From the NCBI GenBank assembly GCA_910577515.1, contig CAJTLW010000006.1, positions 46,799 through 110,798 of the forward strand: DNA of 64,000 nucleotides, given 5' to 3'. The DNA is from an uncultured Vampirovibrio sp. Lineage in GTDB: Bacteria > Cyanobacteriota > Vampirovibrionia > Gastranaerophilales > Gastranaerophilaceae. Made by a program: the position numbers and the translations under genes. Below, piece after piece: positions 36,990 through 46,871 of the stretch (positions are counted from its first letter, which is position 1; each line of letters opens with the position of its first letter). The notes below the pieces were generated by a model. The model saw only the letters and a list, made by a program, of their open reading frames with translations, made no database searches and had not been told where the DNA came from.

Positions 36990-37086
36990 TGTCATTGCGA
37001 GTGTATGCAAAGCAATCCAGTAAAAATCATAATTAGTTGATTATGGCTGGATTGCCGCGGTCGTCTAAAACCCCCTCGCAATGACA
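36990..37086. repeat. Palindromic repeat, copy B
   Basis: TGTCATTGCGAG...AGCAATCCAG...CTGGATTGCC...CTCGCAATGACA, in the same orientation as copy A. Confidence 0.8.
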
Positions 37087-37222
37087 ATACAATGATTTTG
37101 GGAGTTGAAATAGTAATTTTTAGCTTAATTGAAAATACAAAATTTTTCTTTCCTTTAATCCATCTTTATTATAAAATTAAGGAAAATAAAGAAGTGTAGA
37201 AATTTAAAGAAAGAAAAGAAAA

Positions 37223-39364
37223 ATGGAAAACATGCCAGAATCTAAAAAAATGCAAATTACAATCGGCGGGAAGATTGTAGAAATTGAAACAGGAAAATAC
37301 GCACAAAGTGCTACTTCATCTGTTACCGTAAGATGTGAAGACACAATGCTTTTTATTCACTCAACAGTTAGTAAAGAGCCTCGTGTTGGAATAGATTTTT
37401 TCCCATTATTAATTGATTATGAAGAAAGAATGTCCGCAATAGGAAGAATCCCCGGCGGTTTCACAAGAACTGAAGGAAAATCTTCTGAAAAAGCAATATT
37501 GGTTTCAAGATTAATTGACCGTCCTATCCGTCCTTTATGGCCTAAAGGATATAGAAACGATGTTCAGGTTGTTGTTCAGCTATTCAGCTATGACCAGAAA
37601 AACCAGCCTGATACACTTGCAATTTTAGGTGCATCAACCGCTTTAATGCTTTCAGGCGCTCCTTTTGAAGGGCCTGTAGGTGCTGTTAGAGTCGGCAGAA
37701 TTGACGGCAATTTCGTTGCAAACCCAACCCATCAGGAAGCTCTTGAATCAGATATGGATATCGTTGTAGCAGGTACAATGGAATCTGTTATTATGGTTGA
37801 AGCAGGCTGCAAATTCGTAACAGAAGACGATATAATGGCAGCTGTTGAATTTGCACAAGTTGAAATTAAAAAACAATGCGAAGCACAGATTGAATTTGCA
37901 AACCGCTGCGGCATTGTAAGAGAAGAATTTGTTAACCCTTACGATACATCTGAACTTGCAGCGATTATTAAAGACAATTGCTACGATATGATTGTTGATG
38001 CTTATCATAACTTTGACCGTGATTACAGAAAAAACAAGCTTGATGAAGCAAAGCAAATCGTAAAAGACAAAGTAACAGCGCTTGATGATACCCATCCTAT
38101 TAAAGCTATGATGGAAGAAACAGGTATTGATTTTGTAGCAGAAGAATTTAAAGCTCTTGAAAAGAAAATCATGAGAGCAATGATTGTAAATGAAGGTGTC
38201 AGAGCTGACGGCAGAAAAACTTTTGAAGTACGTCCCATCTGGTGTGAAGTAGGGGTTATCCCAAGAGCGCACGGTAGTGCTGTATTTACAAGAGGCCAAA
38301 CCCAAATTTTATCCTGTGCAACTCTTGCAGGCCCTGCTATGGCTCAGGAATTAGACGGCGTTGACCCGCTAACCAAAAAAAGCTATATGCACAAATACAT
38401 ATTCCCTGGCTTTTCAGTTGGTGAAGTAAAACCATTAAGAGGTCCGGGCAGACGTGAAATCGGCCACGGCAACCTTGCCGAACGCGCCAATGTTCCGGCT
38501 TTACCTGATGAAAAAGATTTCCCTTACACAATAAGAGTAACTTCGGATGTACTTGAATCAAACGGTTCAACTTCAATGGGTTCAACTTGTGCAAGCTCTA
38601 TGGCTTTGATGAATGCAGGCGTTCCTGTTAAATGTATGATAGGCGGCGTTGCAATGGGTCTTATTAAAGAAGGTGACACAGACGTTGTTTTAACTGATAT
38701 TCAAGGTATTGAAGACTTCCTTGGTGATATGGACTTTAAAGTAACAGGTAACGATACAGGAATTACTGCTCTTCAAATGGATATGAAAATTAAAGGCATT
38801 TCAAATGAAACTTTAAGAAGAGCTTTATATCAGGCAAAAGACGGCAGAATTTACATTATGGGCAAAATGAGAGAAGCAATCTCTGAACCTAATAAAGATT
38901 TGTCAGAATTTGCACCAAGATTATATTCTATGACTATTCCAACTGAAGACATCGGAACAGTAATCGGGCCTGGCGGCAAAATGATTAGAAGCATCATTGA
39001 TGCCTCAGGTGCTGAAATTGACATTAAAGATGACGGTACAGTTACAATCACATCAAATGATAAAGAAGGCGCAGATATTGCAATCAAAATGATTAAAGAT
39101 TTAACCTTCAAGGCAGAGCCGGGGCAAGTTTATAAAGGTAAAGTCGTTAGAATTATCCCGATTGGTGCATTTGTTGAATTAGCTCCAGGAAAAGACGGTA
39201 TGGTGCATATTTCACAAGTATGCAACGAAAGAATTGACACCGTTGAATCCCGCTTAAATATAGGCGACAATGTTATCGTTAAAGTTGTAAAAATTGACGA
39301 CAAAGGAAGAGTAAACCTTACAATTAAAGGAGTAAGCGATGAAGAAAAATGCCGCTTTAACTAA
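37223..39364 (+). CDS. pnp: Polyribonucleotide nucleotidyltransferase (PNPase)
   Basis: 713 aa with two RNase PH domains, a KH domain (IGTVIGPGGKMIRSI) and an S1 domain (GQVYKGKVVRIIPIGAFVEL). Confidence 0.95.
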   Translation: MENMPESKKMQITIGGKIVEIETGKYAQSATSSVTVRCEDTMLFIHSTVSKEPRVGIDFFPLLIDYEERMSAIGRIPGGFTRTEGKSSEKAILVSRLIDRPIRPLWPKGYRNDVQVVVQLFSYDQKNQPDTLAILGASTALMLSGAPFEGPVGAVRVGRIDGNFVANPTHQEALESDMDIVVAGTMESVIMVEAGCKFVTEDDIMAAVEFAQVEIKKQCEAQIEFANRCGIVREEFVNPYDTSELAAIIKDNCYDMIVDAYHNFDRDYRKNKLDEAKQIVKDKVTALDDTHPIKAMMEETGIDFVAEEFKALEKKIMRAMIVNEGVRADGRKTFEVRPIWCEVGVIPRAHGSAVFTRGQTQILSCATLAGPAMAQELDGVDPLTKKSYMHKYIFPGFSVGEVKPLRGPGRREIGHGNLAERANVPALPDEKDFPYTIRVTSDVLESNGSTSMGSTCASSMALMNAGVPVKCMIGGVAMGLIKEGDTDVVLTDIQGIEDFLGDMDFKVTGNDTGITALQMDMKIKGISNETLRRALYQAKDGRIYIMGKMREAISEPNKDLSEFAPRLYSMTIPTEDIGTVIGPGGKMIRSIIDASGAEIDIKDDGTVTITSNDKEGADIAIKMIKDLTFKAEPGQVYKGKVVRIIPIGAFVELAPGKDGMVHISQVCNERIDTVESRLNIGDNVIVKVVKIDDKGRVNLTIKGVSDEEKCRFN

Positions 39365-40067
39365 AAATTCAATCAAAAACCTGTTTTTAACAATGGTTTT
39401 AGGAGGCGCCATGGTTCTTTTATCAGGCTGCACCTCTTTAAGCTACGTTGGGGATGATTTTGATGCTAAAAAAAGCGCATCGCTCCAAACAAGTGAACTC
39501 TTCACTTTTTCAACATATACAAAAACATCAGATGAAGAAAACATTAATATGAAGTTAGGGGTTGCAAAAACCCCTCTTCCTGATGCACTTGTAGTTTATA
39601 TAAATATTAAAAATAATTCTACAGCATCTGATTATGTTTTCTATCTGAAAGATTTTGTAATTAAAGCAGGGAACGAAACCCTAAAACCTATTCCGCCTTC
39701 AAGCTATTTGAATGCTTATCAAAGCTATGAAACAGGAACATATAACGGCTTATCAAACATTGCACCTACTTTAGGCGCTTTTGCAGATATTCAAAATGCT
39801 TATCAAAATGTTAACAATATGGTAAATGCAGCTTCTAATCAAAACACTGTAAACAATGCTGCAACAAGCCAAATAGGCTCTATTGCAAAAGGCATATCAT
39901 CTCACACAATATCTTCTGCAGGTGTCATCAAAACAGGAAGCTCTGATTTCTTTTATATCTTCTTAAAAGACCCGGGGTATTTGCCTATTGATATTACCTA
40001 CAAAGATTTAAATTATTCCTTTGGCAATGCTAAGGAAGCTGCAAAAGAAGCCAAGGAAAACAAATAA
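39339..40067 (+). CDS. Lipoprotein, function unknown
   Basis: Lipobox LLSGC after a signal peptide. It overlaps the pnp 3' end by 26 nt. Confidence 0.6.
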   Translation: MKKNAALTKNSIKNLFLTMVLGGAMVLLSGCTSLSYVGDDFDAKKSASLQTSELFTFSTYTKTSDEENINMKLGVAKTPLPDALVVYINIKNNSTASDYVFYLKDFVIKAGNETLKPIPPSSYLNAYQSYETGTYNGLSNIAPTLGAFADIQNAYQNVNNMVNAASNQNTVNNAATSQIGSIAKGISSHTISSAGVIKTGSSDFFYIFLKDPGYLPIDITYKDLNYSFGNAKEAAKEAKENK

Positions 40068-40107
40068 AGTTTTATAAAACTTAAAATATAAACTTAAGGG
40101 GCAAACC

Positions 40108-40770
40108 TTGAAGCAAACGAAAATATGTGGTTTTAAATTTAAAAAAGCTCAACATATTGTGGAGTTAGCTCTTCTTGCCCCTTTTGTTATGTTTTTTGTA
40201 GGAATAGTTTATCAAATTGCAATTACAATCCACACAAATTATAAATTTAATTCTTCCCTTTATGAAGCAATAAGTTTCATAGCACTTACAAATAAAATTA
40301 CACCAGAAACTGATTTAGACAAAGACTCCGTTGAATTAAAAAATGAAACTGTAAATGATATTAAGCGCTATGCTATTATTCTTCTGAACGAAAGACATGC
40401 CCCGGCCAGAGATTCGCTTGAACTAAAGCTTGTAAGTGCAGGCGATATAGATTTTTTAATAGGGATGTATAGATACACATCCACCTTTAAAATTTTTAAC
40501 GGCATAGATAATTTTAACCCGGAAAGCTACAATTATCTAACAATAATCCCTATAAACAGTGCTATATTAAGAAAAAATTCATACGATATTTCAAACAATT
40601 TCTTTGAAAATTCTTATACCATAGCACCAAAAGAAGTATCTGCACCGGATGTTGAAGAAAATACTGATAATGATGAAGATGAAGCTTTGGATGCAGACAA
40701 TTTTGAACAAAAAACAGAAGAGGCTGAAGAAAATAACAACATAGAAATTCCGGAGGCACAAATTCAGTGA
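40108..40770 (+). CDS. TadE-like pseudopilin-family protein with acidic C-terminal tail
   Basis: TTG start with SD AAGGGG. The N-terminal KKAQHIVELALLAPFVMFFVGIVYQIAI matches the TadE N-terminal pattern (xxVEFALxxPxxxxL). Confidence 0.55.
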   Translation: MKQTKICGFKFKKAQHIVELALLAPFVMFFVGIVYQIAITIHTNYKFNSSLYEAISFIALTNKITPETDLDKDSVELKNETVNDIKRYAIILLNERHAPARDSLELKLVSAGDIDFLIGMYRYTSTFKIFNGIDNFNPESYNYLTIIPINSAILRKNSYDISNNFFENSYTIAPKEVSAPDVEENTDNDEDEALDADNFEQKTEEAEENNNIEIPEAQIQ

Positions 40771-41669
40771 AGATTTTAAATCCAAAATGTAATGCCTTTA
40801 GAAAATCACGCGCCTCTCTTACAGGCTCTATCATCATTTTTATGATGGCATTTCTTGTATTTTGCATATGTGCCATAGATGTCGGATATACCGTAACATC
40901 AAGATATAAAACCCAAAAAATAACAGAAACCATTGCCCTTTATATGGCATCATATTTAAATTCCCTTCCTGAAACCAAAAAAACAAAAGAAAGCTTAAAC
41001 CCTCTTAAAGAACGCTTCGAAAGCCTTTATTCAGATTATAATATAGCTGGAAACTACCGCTTTGAAATAACAGAGATTGATGCAAAGGTTGATAGTTCAT
41101 CTTCCGTTAAAATAAAAATTGCAACCCAAGCTTCAATCCCAACACTATTTTTGCGGTATGCAGGAATAGGTGTAATAAAAATCATCCAAACCTCTTACGC
41201 CTCCACTTATCAATTTTCTTTAGATGAAATTGGAAACGATGAAAATTCTTATACCTTTAAGGCAAAAGAAATAATAACTGATAAAAACGGAAACGACCTT
41301 GAAATCTCATACAACAGACCCTATCTTATTTTTGCAGGCTTAAAACAGGGAAATTCCACAGGAGATGATAACATTAAATGGATTGAAATAGGTTCAATGA
41401 GCGATGACGTTGAAAGAACACATTTTACAATCTCAAACATTGATAAAACTTATGATGCGGCCTGCATATCAAAAGAAAATACTAAATATGATTTTTCAGC
41501 TGACAACAATAAAACCTTAGGACTTATTCAATACATTAAAATAATTAAAACAGACACCTGTAATGTGGATGGTACAATTGAAACTCCTGCAGCCTTGGAA
41601 ACAAATCCGGTTGCAACCGCCCTGAATTCTGTCAAAATAATAAGCAGGCAAACATTTTTAAAAGATTAA
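40767..41669 (+). CDS. TadG/Tad_N-like pilus-assembly protein
   Basis: GSIIIFMMAFLVFCICAIDVGYTVTSRYKTQK matches the Flp pilus-assembly TadG N-terminal pattern. There is a GTGA start/stop overlap with the upstream gene. Confidence 0.5.
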   Translation: MKILNPKCNAFRKSRASLTGSIIIFMMAFLVFCICAIDVGYTVTSRYKTQKITETIALYMASYLNSLPETKKTKESLNPLKERFESLYSDYNIAGNYRFEITEIDAKVDSSSSVKIKIATQASIPTLFLRYAGIGVIKIIQTSYASTYQFSLDEIGNDENSYTFKAKEIITDKNGNDLEISYNRPYLIFAGLKQGNSTGDDNIKWIEIGSMSDDVERTHFTISNIDKTYDAACISKENTKYDFSADNNKTLGLIQYIKIIKTDTCNVDGTIETPAALETNPVATALNSVKIISRQTFLKD

Positions 41670-41721
41670 TATTTGATGTAAAATTGTATTAAAGATGCTT
41701 TTTATATGCGAGGGGAGTTTA

Positions 41722-44433
41722 ATGGAAGATAATAAATCAAAAACACTGCTTTTAATAGACGGGCATGCTCTCGCATTTAGAATGTTTTTTGCTCTTGAGC
41801 GCACAAATATGCAAACCACGGAACACACTCCTACATGGGCTGTTTACGGGTTTTTTAAATCAATTTTTGACCTTTTAAAACAGAATAACGGGCTTGATAA
41901 CATAAAACCTGATTCTATAGCTGTAGCCTTTGATGTTTCAAGACACACCTTCCGTTTGGAAAAATATGAATGCTATAAAGCAAACAGGGAAGCCATGCCA
42001 GATAGCCTCCGCCCGCAACTAGGACTTATTATGGAAGGCTTAAAAGCATTAAGTATCCCGATTTACACAAAAGAAGGCTTTGAAGGGGATGATATTATAG
42101 GCACCATCTCAAAACAAGCAACCGCCCTTCATCATAAAACCTACATTTTAACAGGCGACAGAGATAGTTTCCAGCTCATTGATAAAGAAGGAACAGTAAA
42201 AGTATTAATCCCAGGCAAAGGTGAAATTTTAACCTACGATTGGAACAAAGTTTATGAAAAAATGGAAGTATACCCAAATCAGGTTATAGATTATAAAGCA
42301 CTTTGCGGCGATACATCAGATAACATCCCGGGCGTTAAAGGTATAGGGCCAAAAACCGCCTCCAGTCTTTTAAATGAATATAAAACGCTTGAAAATATTT
42401 ATGAAAATATAGAAAATATTTCAAAAAAATCCGTCAAAGAAAAATTGATTGAAAATAAAGAAACTGCCTATCTTTCACAGTTTCTTGCAACAATAAAAAC
42501 TGATGTTGATATTGATTTTAATTTTGATACCACCTGCCTTGAGGTTGAAAAGAAAAGCAATGTTGTTGAATTTTTCAATAAAGTTCAGTTCTTTAGCTTT
42601 GTAAAAAATATTAATAACCTTCTAAAACCTTTCCTTTGTAAGGATGAAAACACCACGGCACCAAACACTGTTTTGCAGGATACTGCACAAGAAGAAACCC
42701 CGATTGTAAAATTCAAAGAAGAAAAGGATGGTATAGAGCTTGAATCTCCTCTTCAAGGTTCGCTGTTCGGGATAATTGAACCTCAAACCCAATCTACACC
42801 AAGTTTTCAAGAAATAGATTTTAACACCTTTAAAAAAGAGCTTAAAGAAAATGAAATTATTTCTTTTTTAATTGATACAAACACCGCATACTTTGCAAAA
42901 GAAGGCTTTTCAACATCTTGCTCTCTTGAAAACCTGCCTGCAAAAGAAATTCTCTCTAATCCCGCAATTAAAAAAATAACCTTTGATATTAAAGGCACTC
43001 TTGAAAAAATACCTGAAAACATTGTAATTTCAGGCGTTATAGATGATGTTATGCTTTCAAGCTATGTAAAAGATTCATCACGCCGTCATGATTTAATGAG
43101 CCAAATTCAAAGCTATTTAAAATTTATGCCGGATGAAGCCAATAAAAACGAGCTTGTATCCTGTATTTTAAAACTTCACAATTTTTATCAACAAACTTTC
43201 ACAGATGCTGAAAAAAAGCTTCTGAATGATATTGAATTACCTTTAGCATTTGTATTATCCAAAATGGAAAAAACAGGTGTCTGTCTTGATACAGCCTATT
43301 TAAAGGAACTATCCGATGAAATAAACGGAAAAGTTTCAAATTTCGAAAACGATATTTACGCACAGGCTGGCAGAATTTTCAATATAAATTCTCCAAAACA
43401 GGTGGGGGAAGTGCTTTTTGACACACTAAAAATTAAACCCGGCAAAAAAAATAAAACAGGGTATTCAACAAATGCTAAAATCCTTGAAGACCTTGCCCTT
43501 GAACATAAAATTGCCAGCAATATTCTGGAACACCGCACCTTGATGAAGCTAAAAACAACGTACGTTGATAATCTTCCAAAACTCTTAGGAAAAGATAACA
43601 AGCTGCATACACATTTTAATCAAATTGTAACCACAACAGGGCGCCTTTCAAGCTCTGACCCTAATTTGCAGAATATTCCCGTTAGAACTGAATTTTCAAA
43701 CAGAATAAGAGCCGCCTTTATCCCCTGCAATAGCGATTATTCCATAATTGCAGCAGATTATTCCCAAATAGAATTAAGACTTTTGGCTCATATATCAGAA
43801 GATAAAGCCCTGATAGATGCTTTTTATCATAATATAGATGTCCACACCCTCACAGCTTCAAGAATTTTCGATATTCCCCCCGAAGATGTTACAAAAGAGA
43901 TGAGAAGAAAAGCAAAAGCGGTAAATTTTGGCATTGTATACGGCCAAACCCGCTATGGCTTGGCTTCAGCCCTCGGTATCACACCGATTGAAGCACAAAC
44001 CTTCATTGATAAATACTTCAGGCAATACCCGAAAATCAACACCTATATTACAAATACGCTAATTCAAGCCCATGATACAGGATATGTAGAAACAATGTAT
44101 GGCAGAAGACGTTATTTAGGGGAAGAATTAAATTCAAGAAACTCTAAAATAAGAGAATTTGCGGAACGCGCCGCAATAAATGCTCCGCTTCAAGGCTCTG
44201 CCGCAGATTTGATTAAAATGGCAATGATTAGGCTGGATAAGGATTTAACCGCAAAAAATATTCCTGCAAAAATGCTTTTACAGGTGCATGATGAACTTGT
44301 GCTTGAAGTACAGAATGATTACCTTGATGAAGCTTCAAAAATCATCACAAAAGCAATGGAATTAGACCAGCCTTTAAAAGTGCCTTTGGTTGCAGATGTT
44401 AAAATCGGGAAAACCTGGAAGGATAGCAAATAA
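41722..44433 (+). CDS. polA: DNA polymerase I
   Basis: 5' nuclease domain (LLLIDGHALAFR, GDRDSFQL) and polymerase motifs (DYSQIELRLLAH, NFGIVYG, QVHDELV). I prefer the start at ATG 41722, preceded by SD AGGGGAG. Confidence 0.93.
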   Translation: MEDNKSKTLLLIDGHALAFRMFFALERTNMQTTEHTPTWAVYGFFKSIFDLLKQNNGLDNIKPDSIAVAFDVSRHTFRLEKYECYKANREAMPDSLRPQLGLIMEGLKALSIPIYTKEGFEGDDIIGTISKQATALHHKTYILTGDRDSFQLIDKEGTVKVLIPGKGEILTYDWNKVYEKMEVYPNQVIDYKALCGDTSDNIPGVKGIGPKTASSLLNEYKTLENIYENIENISKKSVKEKLIENKETAYLSQFLATIKTDVDIDFNFDTTCLEVEKKSNVVEFFNKVQFFSFVKNINNLLKPFLCKDENTTAPNTVLQDTAQEETPIVKFKEEKDGIELESPLQGSLFGIIEPQTQSTPSFQEIDFNTFKKELKENEIISFLIDTNTAYFAKEGFSTSCSLENLPAKEILSNPAIKKITFDIKGTLEKIPENIVISGVIDDVMLSSYVKDSSRRHDLMSQIQSYLKFMPDEANKNELVSCILKLHNFYQQTFTDAEKKLLNDIELPLAFVLSKMEKTGVCLDTAYLKELSDEINGKVSNFENDIYAQAGRIFNINSPKQVGEVLFDTLKIKPGKKNKTGYSTNAKILEDLALEHKIASNILEHRTLMKLKTTYVDNLPKLLGKDNKLHTHFNQIVTTTGRLSSSDPNLQNIPVRTEFSNRIRAAFIPCNSDYSIIAADYSQIELRLLAHISEDKALIDAFYHNIDVHTLTASRIFDIPPEDVTKEMRRKAKAVNFGIVYGQTRYGLASALGITPIEAQTFIDKYFRQYPKINTYITNTLIQAHDTGYVETMYGRRRYLGEELNSRNSKIREFAERAAINAPLQGSAADLIKMAMIRLDKDLTAKNIPAKMLLQVHDELVLEVQNDYLDEASKIITKAMELDQPLKVPLVADVKIGKTWKDSK

Positions 44434-44807
44434 TGAAAAAAATAATATTGTCTGCTTTACTGTTAATAGCGCTAAATATGATAAATACGGAGGTAAGCGC
44501 CGCCACATATCTTGATGATTCTTCTAAAAATTTCGGAGTTTCAGCCGATAATATGTATTTAACATCACTTTCGGTTTTAAACAGTCTTAATTATGAAATA
44601 ATTGAAATACAATCTAAAAGCGGTTATATCCTTTTTAGAACAGGTGCAAAGGATTATATTATGACAGTAACCGCCCTATCACCTGTCACATCAAATATCA
44701 AAATTCTTCCTGCAAACAGCGTTTATTCAACAGGTACCGCCGTTCAAAAAACAATCTTTGAGCAGCTTGAACTAAACAAATTAAACATATTAAAAAAACA
44801 GGGCTAA
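44433..44807 (+). CDS. Small secreted protein
   Basis: Signal peptide MKKIILSALLLIALNMINTEVSA. 124 aa. Confidence 0.55.
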   Translation: MKKIILSALLLIALNMINTEVSAATYLDDSSKNFGVSADNMYLTSLSVLNSLNYEIIEIQSKSGYILFRTGAKDYIMTVTALSPVTSNIKILPANSVYSTGTAVQKTIFEQLELNKLNILKKQG

Positions 44808-44814
44808 ATTAAAG

Positions 44815-46869
44815 ATGCAGGAAGAAACTGTTCAAAATACTTATAAATACGCCTTGTGCCTTGTTGATATAACAAAGCTTGGCACAAAAACTTTTTCATA
44901 CCTCATCCCAGATGATATGAAAGATGTTATAAAAATAGGGCAGCCTGCAACCTTGCCCTTCGGCAAAGGCACACGTAAAATAAAAGGCTACGTTGTCGGG
45001 TTTTCAAACTATCTTGAAGAAAGCATCAAAGCAAAATATATTGATGAACTTTTGGATACAGAGCCTATGTTTACCCTTGAATACCTTAAAATGCTTGAAT
45101 GGGTTGCAAATTATTATTTTTCAGACCTTCCTACCGTTTTAAAAACGGCTTTGCCTGAAAAATTTTTTCAGAAAAATCTAAAAAATTACAGAAAACCAAA
45201 CAAAGAATTGAAGGTGCTTCAGGTTGAAAAATCCAAAAATAAAAATACCCTTACACCTGAGCAGCAAAAGATTTACGACGATATTAAAAAAGTTAACGCT
45301 AAAACATCACTTTTATACGGTATTACAGGCTCCGGCAAAACGGAAATTTATTTTAAACTGATTGAAGATACAATTAAAGAGGGTAAAAACGTCCTTTTTC
45401 TGGCACCTGAAATTGCTCTTGTGTCGCAGCTAACCTCTCGTACCATAAAACGTTTCGGCAAAGATATAGTAGGTATCTGGCACAGCACGATTTCTGAAGC
45501 CGAAAAATATAAAGTATGGCAAAAATTAAGAAACGATGAAATAAAAATCCTGCTTGGCGCCCGCTCTTCCGTGTTTGCACCGGTAAAAAATTTGGGGCTT
45601 ATAATAATAGATGAAGAAAACGATTCTTCCTACAAACAAACCATGCCATCGCCAAGATATTCTGCTATTGAAGTTGCCAAAAAATTAACTGAATTAAATC
45701 AGGGTGCAAAATTAATATTAGGAAGCGCCACCCCTGATATTCAAAGCTATTATGAAGCAAAAAATTCTAATTCACTCTTTGTTTTAAATAAAAGATTTAA
45801 TAATGCAGAACTTCCCAAGGTAAAAATTGTCGATATGCGTATGGAAAGAGGCTTTGGCAACAACGGCATTTTTTCTCAATATTTAACCGATGAAATACAT
45901 AAAACCGTCCAAAATAAAAATCAGGTCATCCTTTTAATCAATAGACGCGGCTTTTCAAGCTACACACAGTGCATGGAATGTTCTACAGTAATTGAATGCC
46001 CAAAATGCGCAATTCCTCTGATTTATCATTCCCAAACACAATCTCACCGCTGTCACTATTGTAATTATGAGATTAAAAATTTAACAAAATGCCCAAAATG
46101 TGAAACTGAAGGCACTTTGGAAAACTTCGGCACAGGTACCCAAAGGGTAGAAGAAATTGCAGGAAAACTTTTCCCTGATTATAAAATCCAAAGGCTTGAT
46201 TCAGACAGTTTAACCAAAAAAAACGAACATTTTGAAATATTGGAAGCCTTTTCAAGTGGCGATATTGATATTTTAATCGGCACGCAAATGATTGCAAAAG
46301 GGCTTGATAACCCGAATGTCACGCTTGTTGGCGTTATAAACGCTGATTTAAGCTTTAATCTGCCTGATTTTCGAAGCTCAGAACGCGGTTTCTCGCTTCT
46401 CTGCCAGGTTGCAGGACGCTCCGGGCGCGGAAAGAATGAGGGCAAGGTAATTTTTCAAACCTTTAATAATTCAAATATTTTCCTTGATAAGGCCCGCGAG
46501 CAGGATTACGAAAGCTTTTTTGAAAATGAAATTGAAATCCGTGAAGCCTTTGATTATCCGCCATTTGCAAAAATTATAAGAATAATCTTAAGCTCCGGTA
46601 ATAATTTCCGTGCCGAAAAATCGGCACTTGAAATCACTATGCGCCTGAAAAATTGGATTAACAAGCAAAGCTTATCGGAAAGACTTATTGTAATGGGACC
46701 TGCGGCTTGTGTTGTGGAAAAAATCAAGGGCGAATTCCGCTTCAATATAATCGTAAAAAACAAACTTGAAGAAAAAGGTCACAATATCATCCTTTCTTTT
46801 TTAAGAAAAATTATACTTCCAAACGATATAAAAATGGTTGTAGATGTTGACCCTATGGATATTTTATAA
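44815..46869 (+). CDS. priA: Primosomal replication restart helicase PriA
   Basis: Walker A GITGSGKTE, DEEN box, a Cys-rich zinc insert (CMECSTVIECPKCAIPL...HRCHYCNY) and QVAGRSGRG. Confidence 0.92.
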   Translation: MQEETVQNTYKYALCLVDITKLGTKTFSYLIPDDMKDVIKIGQPATLPFGKGTRKIKGYVVGFSNYLEESIKAKYIDELLDTEPMFTLEYLKMLEWVANYYFSDLPTVLKTALPEKFFQKNLKNYRKPNKELKVLQVEKSKNKNTLTPEQQKIYDDIKKVNAKTSLLYGITGSGKTEIYFKLIEDTIKEGKNVLFLAPEIALVSQLTSRTIKRFGKDIVGIWHSTISEAEKYKVWQKLRNDEIKILLGARSSVFAPVKNLGLIIIDEENDSSYKQTMPSPRYSAIEVAKKLTELNQGAKLILGSATPDIQSYYEAKNSNSLFVLNKRFNNAELPKVKIVDMRMERGFGNNGIFSQYLTDEIHKTVQNKNQVILLINRRGFSSYTQCMECSTVIECPKCAIPLIYHSQTQSHRCHYCNYEIKNLTKCPKCETEGTLENFGTGTQRVEEIAGKLFPDYKIQRLDSDSLTKKNEHFEILEAFSSGDIDILIGTQMIAKGLDNPNVTLVGVINADLSFNLPDFRSSERGFSLLCQVAGRSGRGKNEGKVIFQTFNNSNIFLDKAREQDYESFFENEIEIREAFDYPPFAKIIRIILSSGNNFRAEKSALEITMRLKNWINKQSLSERLIVMGPAACVVEKIKGEFRFNIIVKNKLEEKGHNIILSFLRKIILPNDIKMVVDVDPMDIL

Positions 46870-46871
46870 AA

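Noticed and set aside
37748-38305. 185-aa ORF on the - strand
   Set aside because: It is antisense to pnp. Phe/Cys/Asn-rich shadow ORF.
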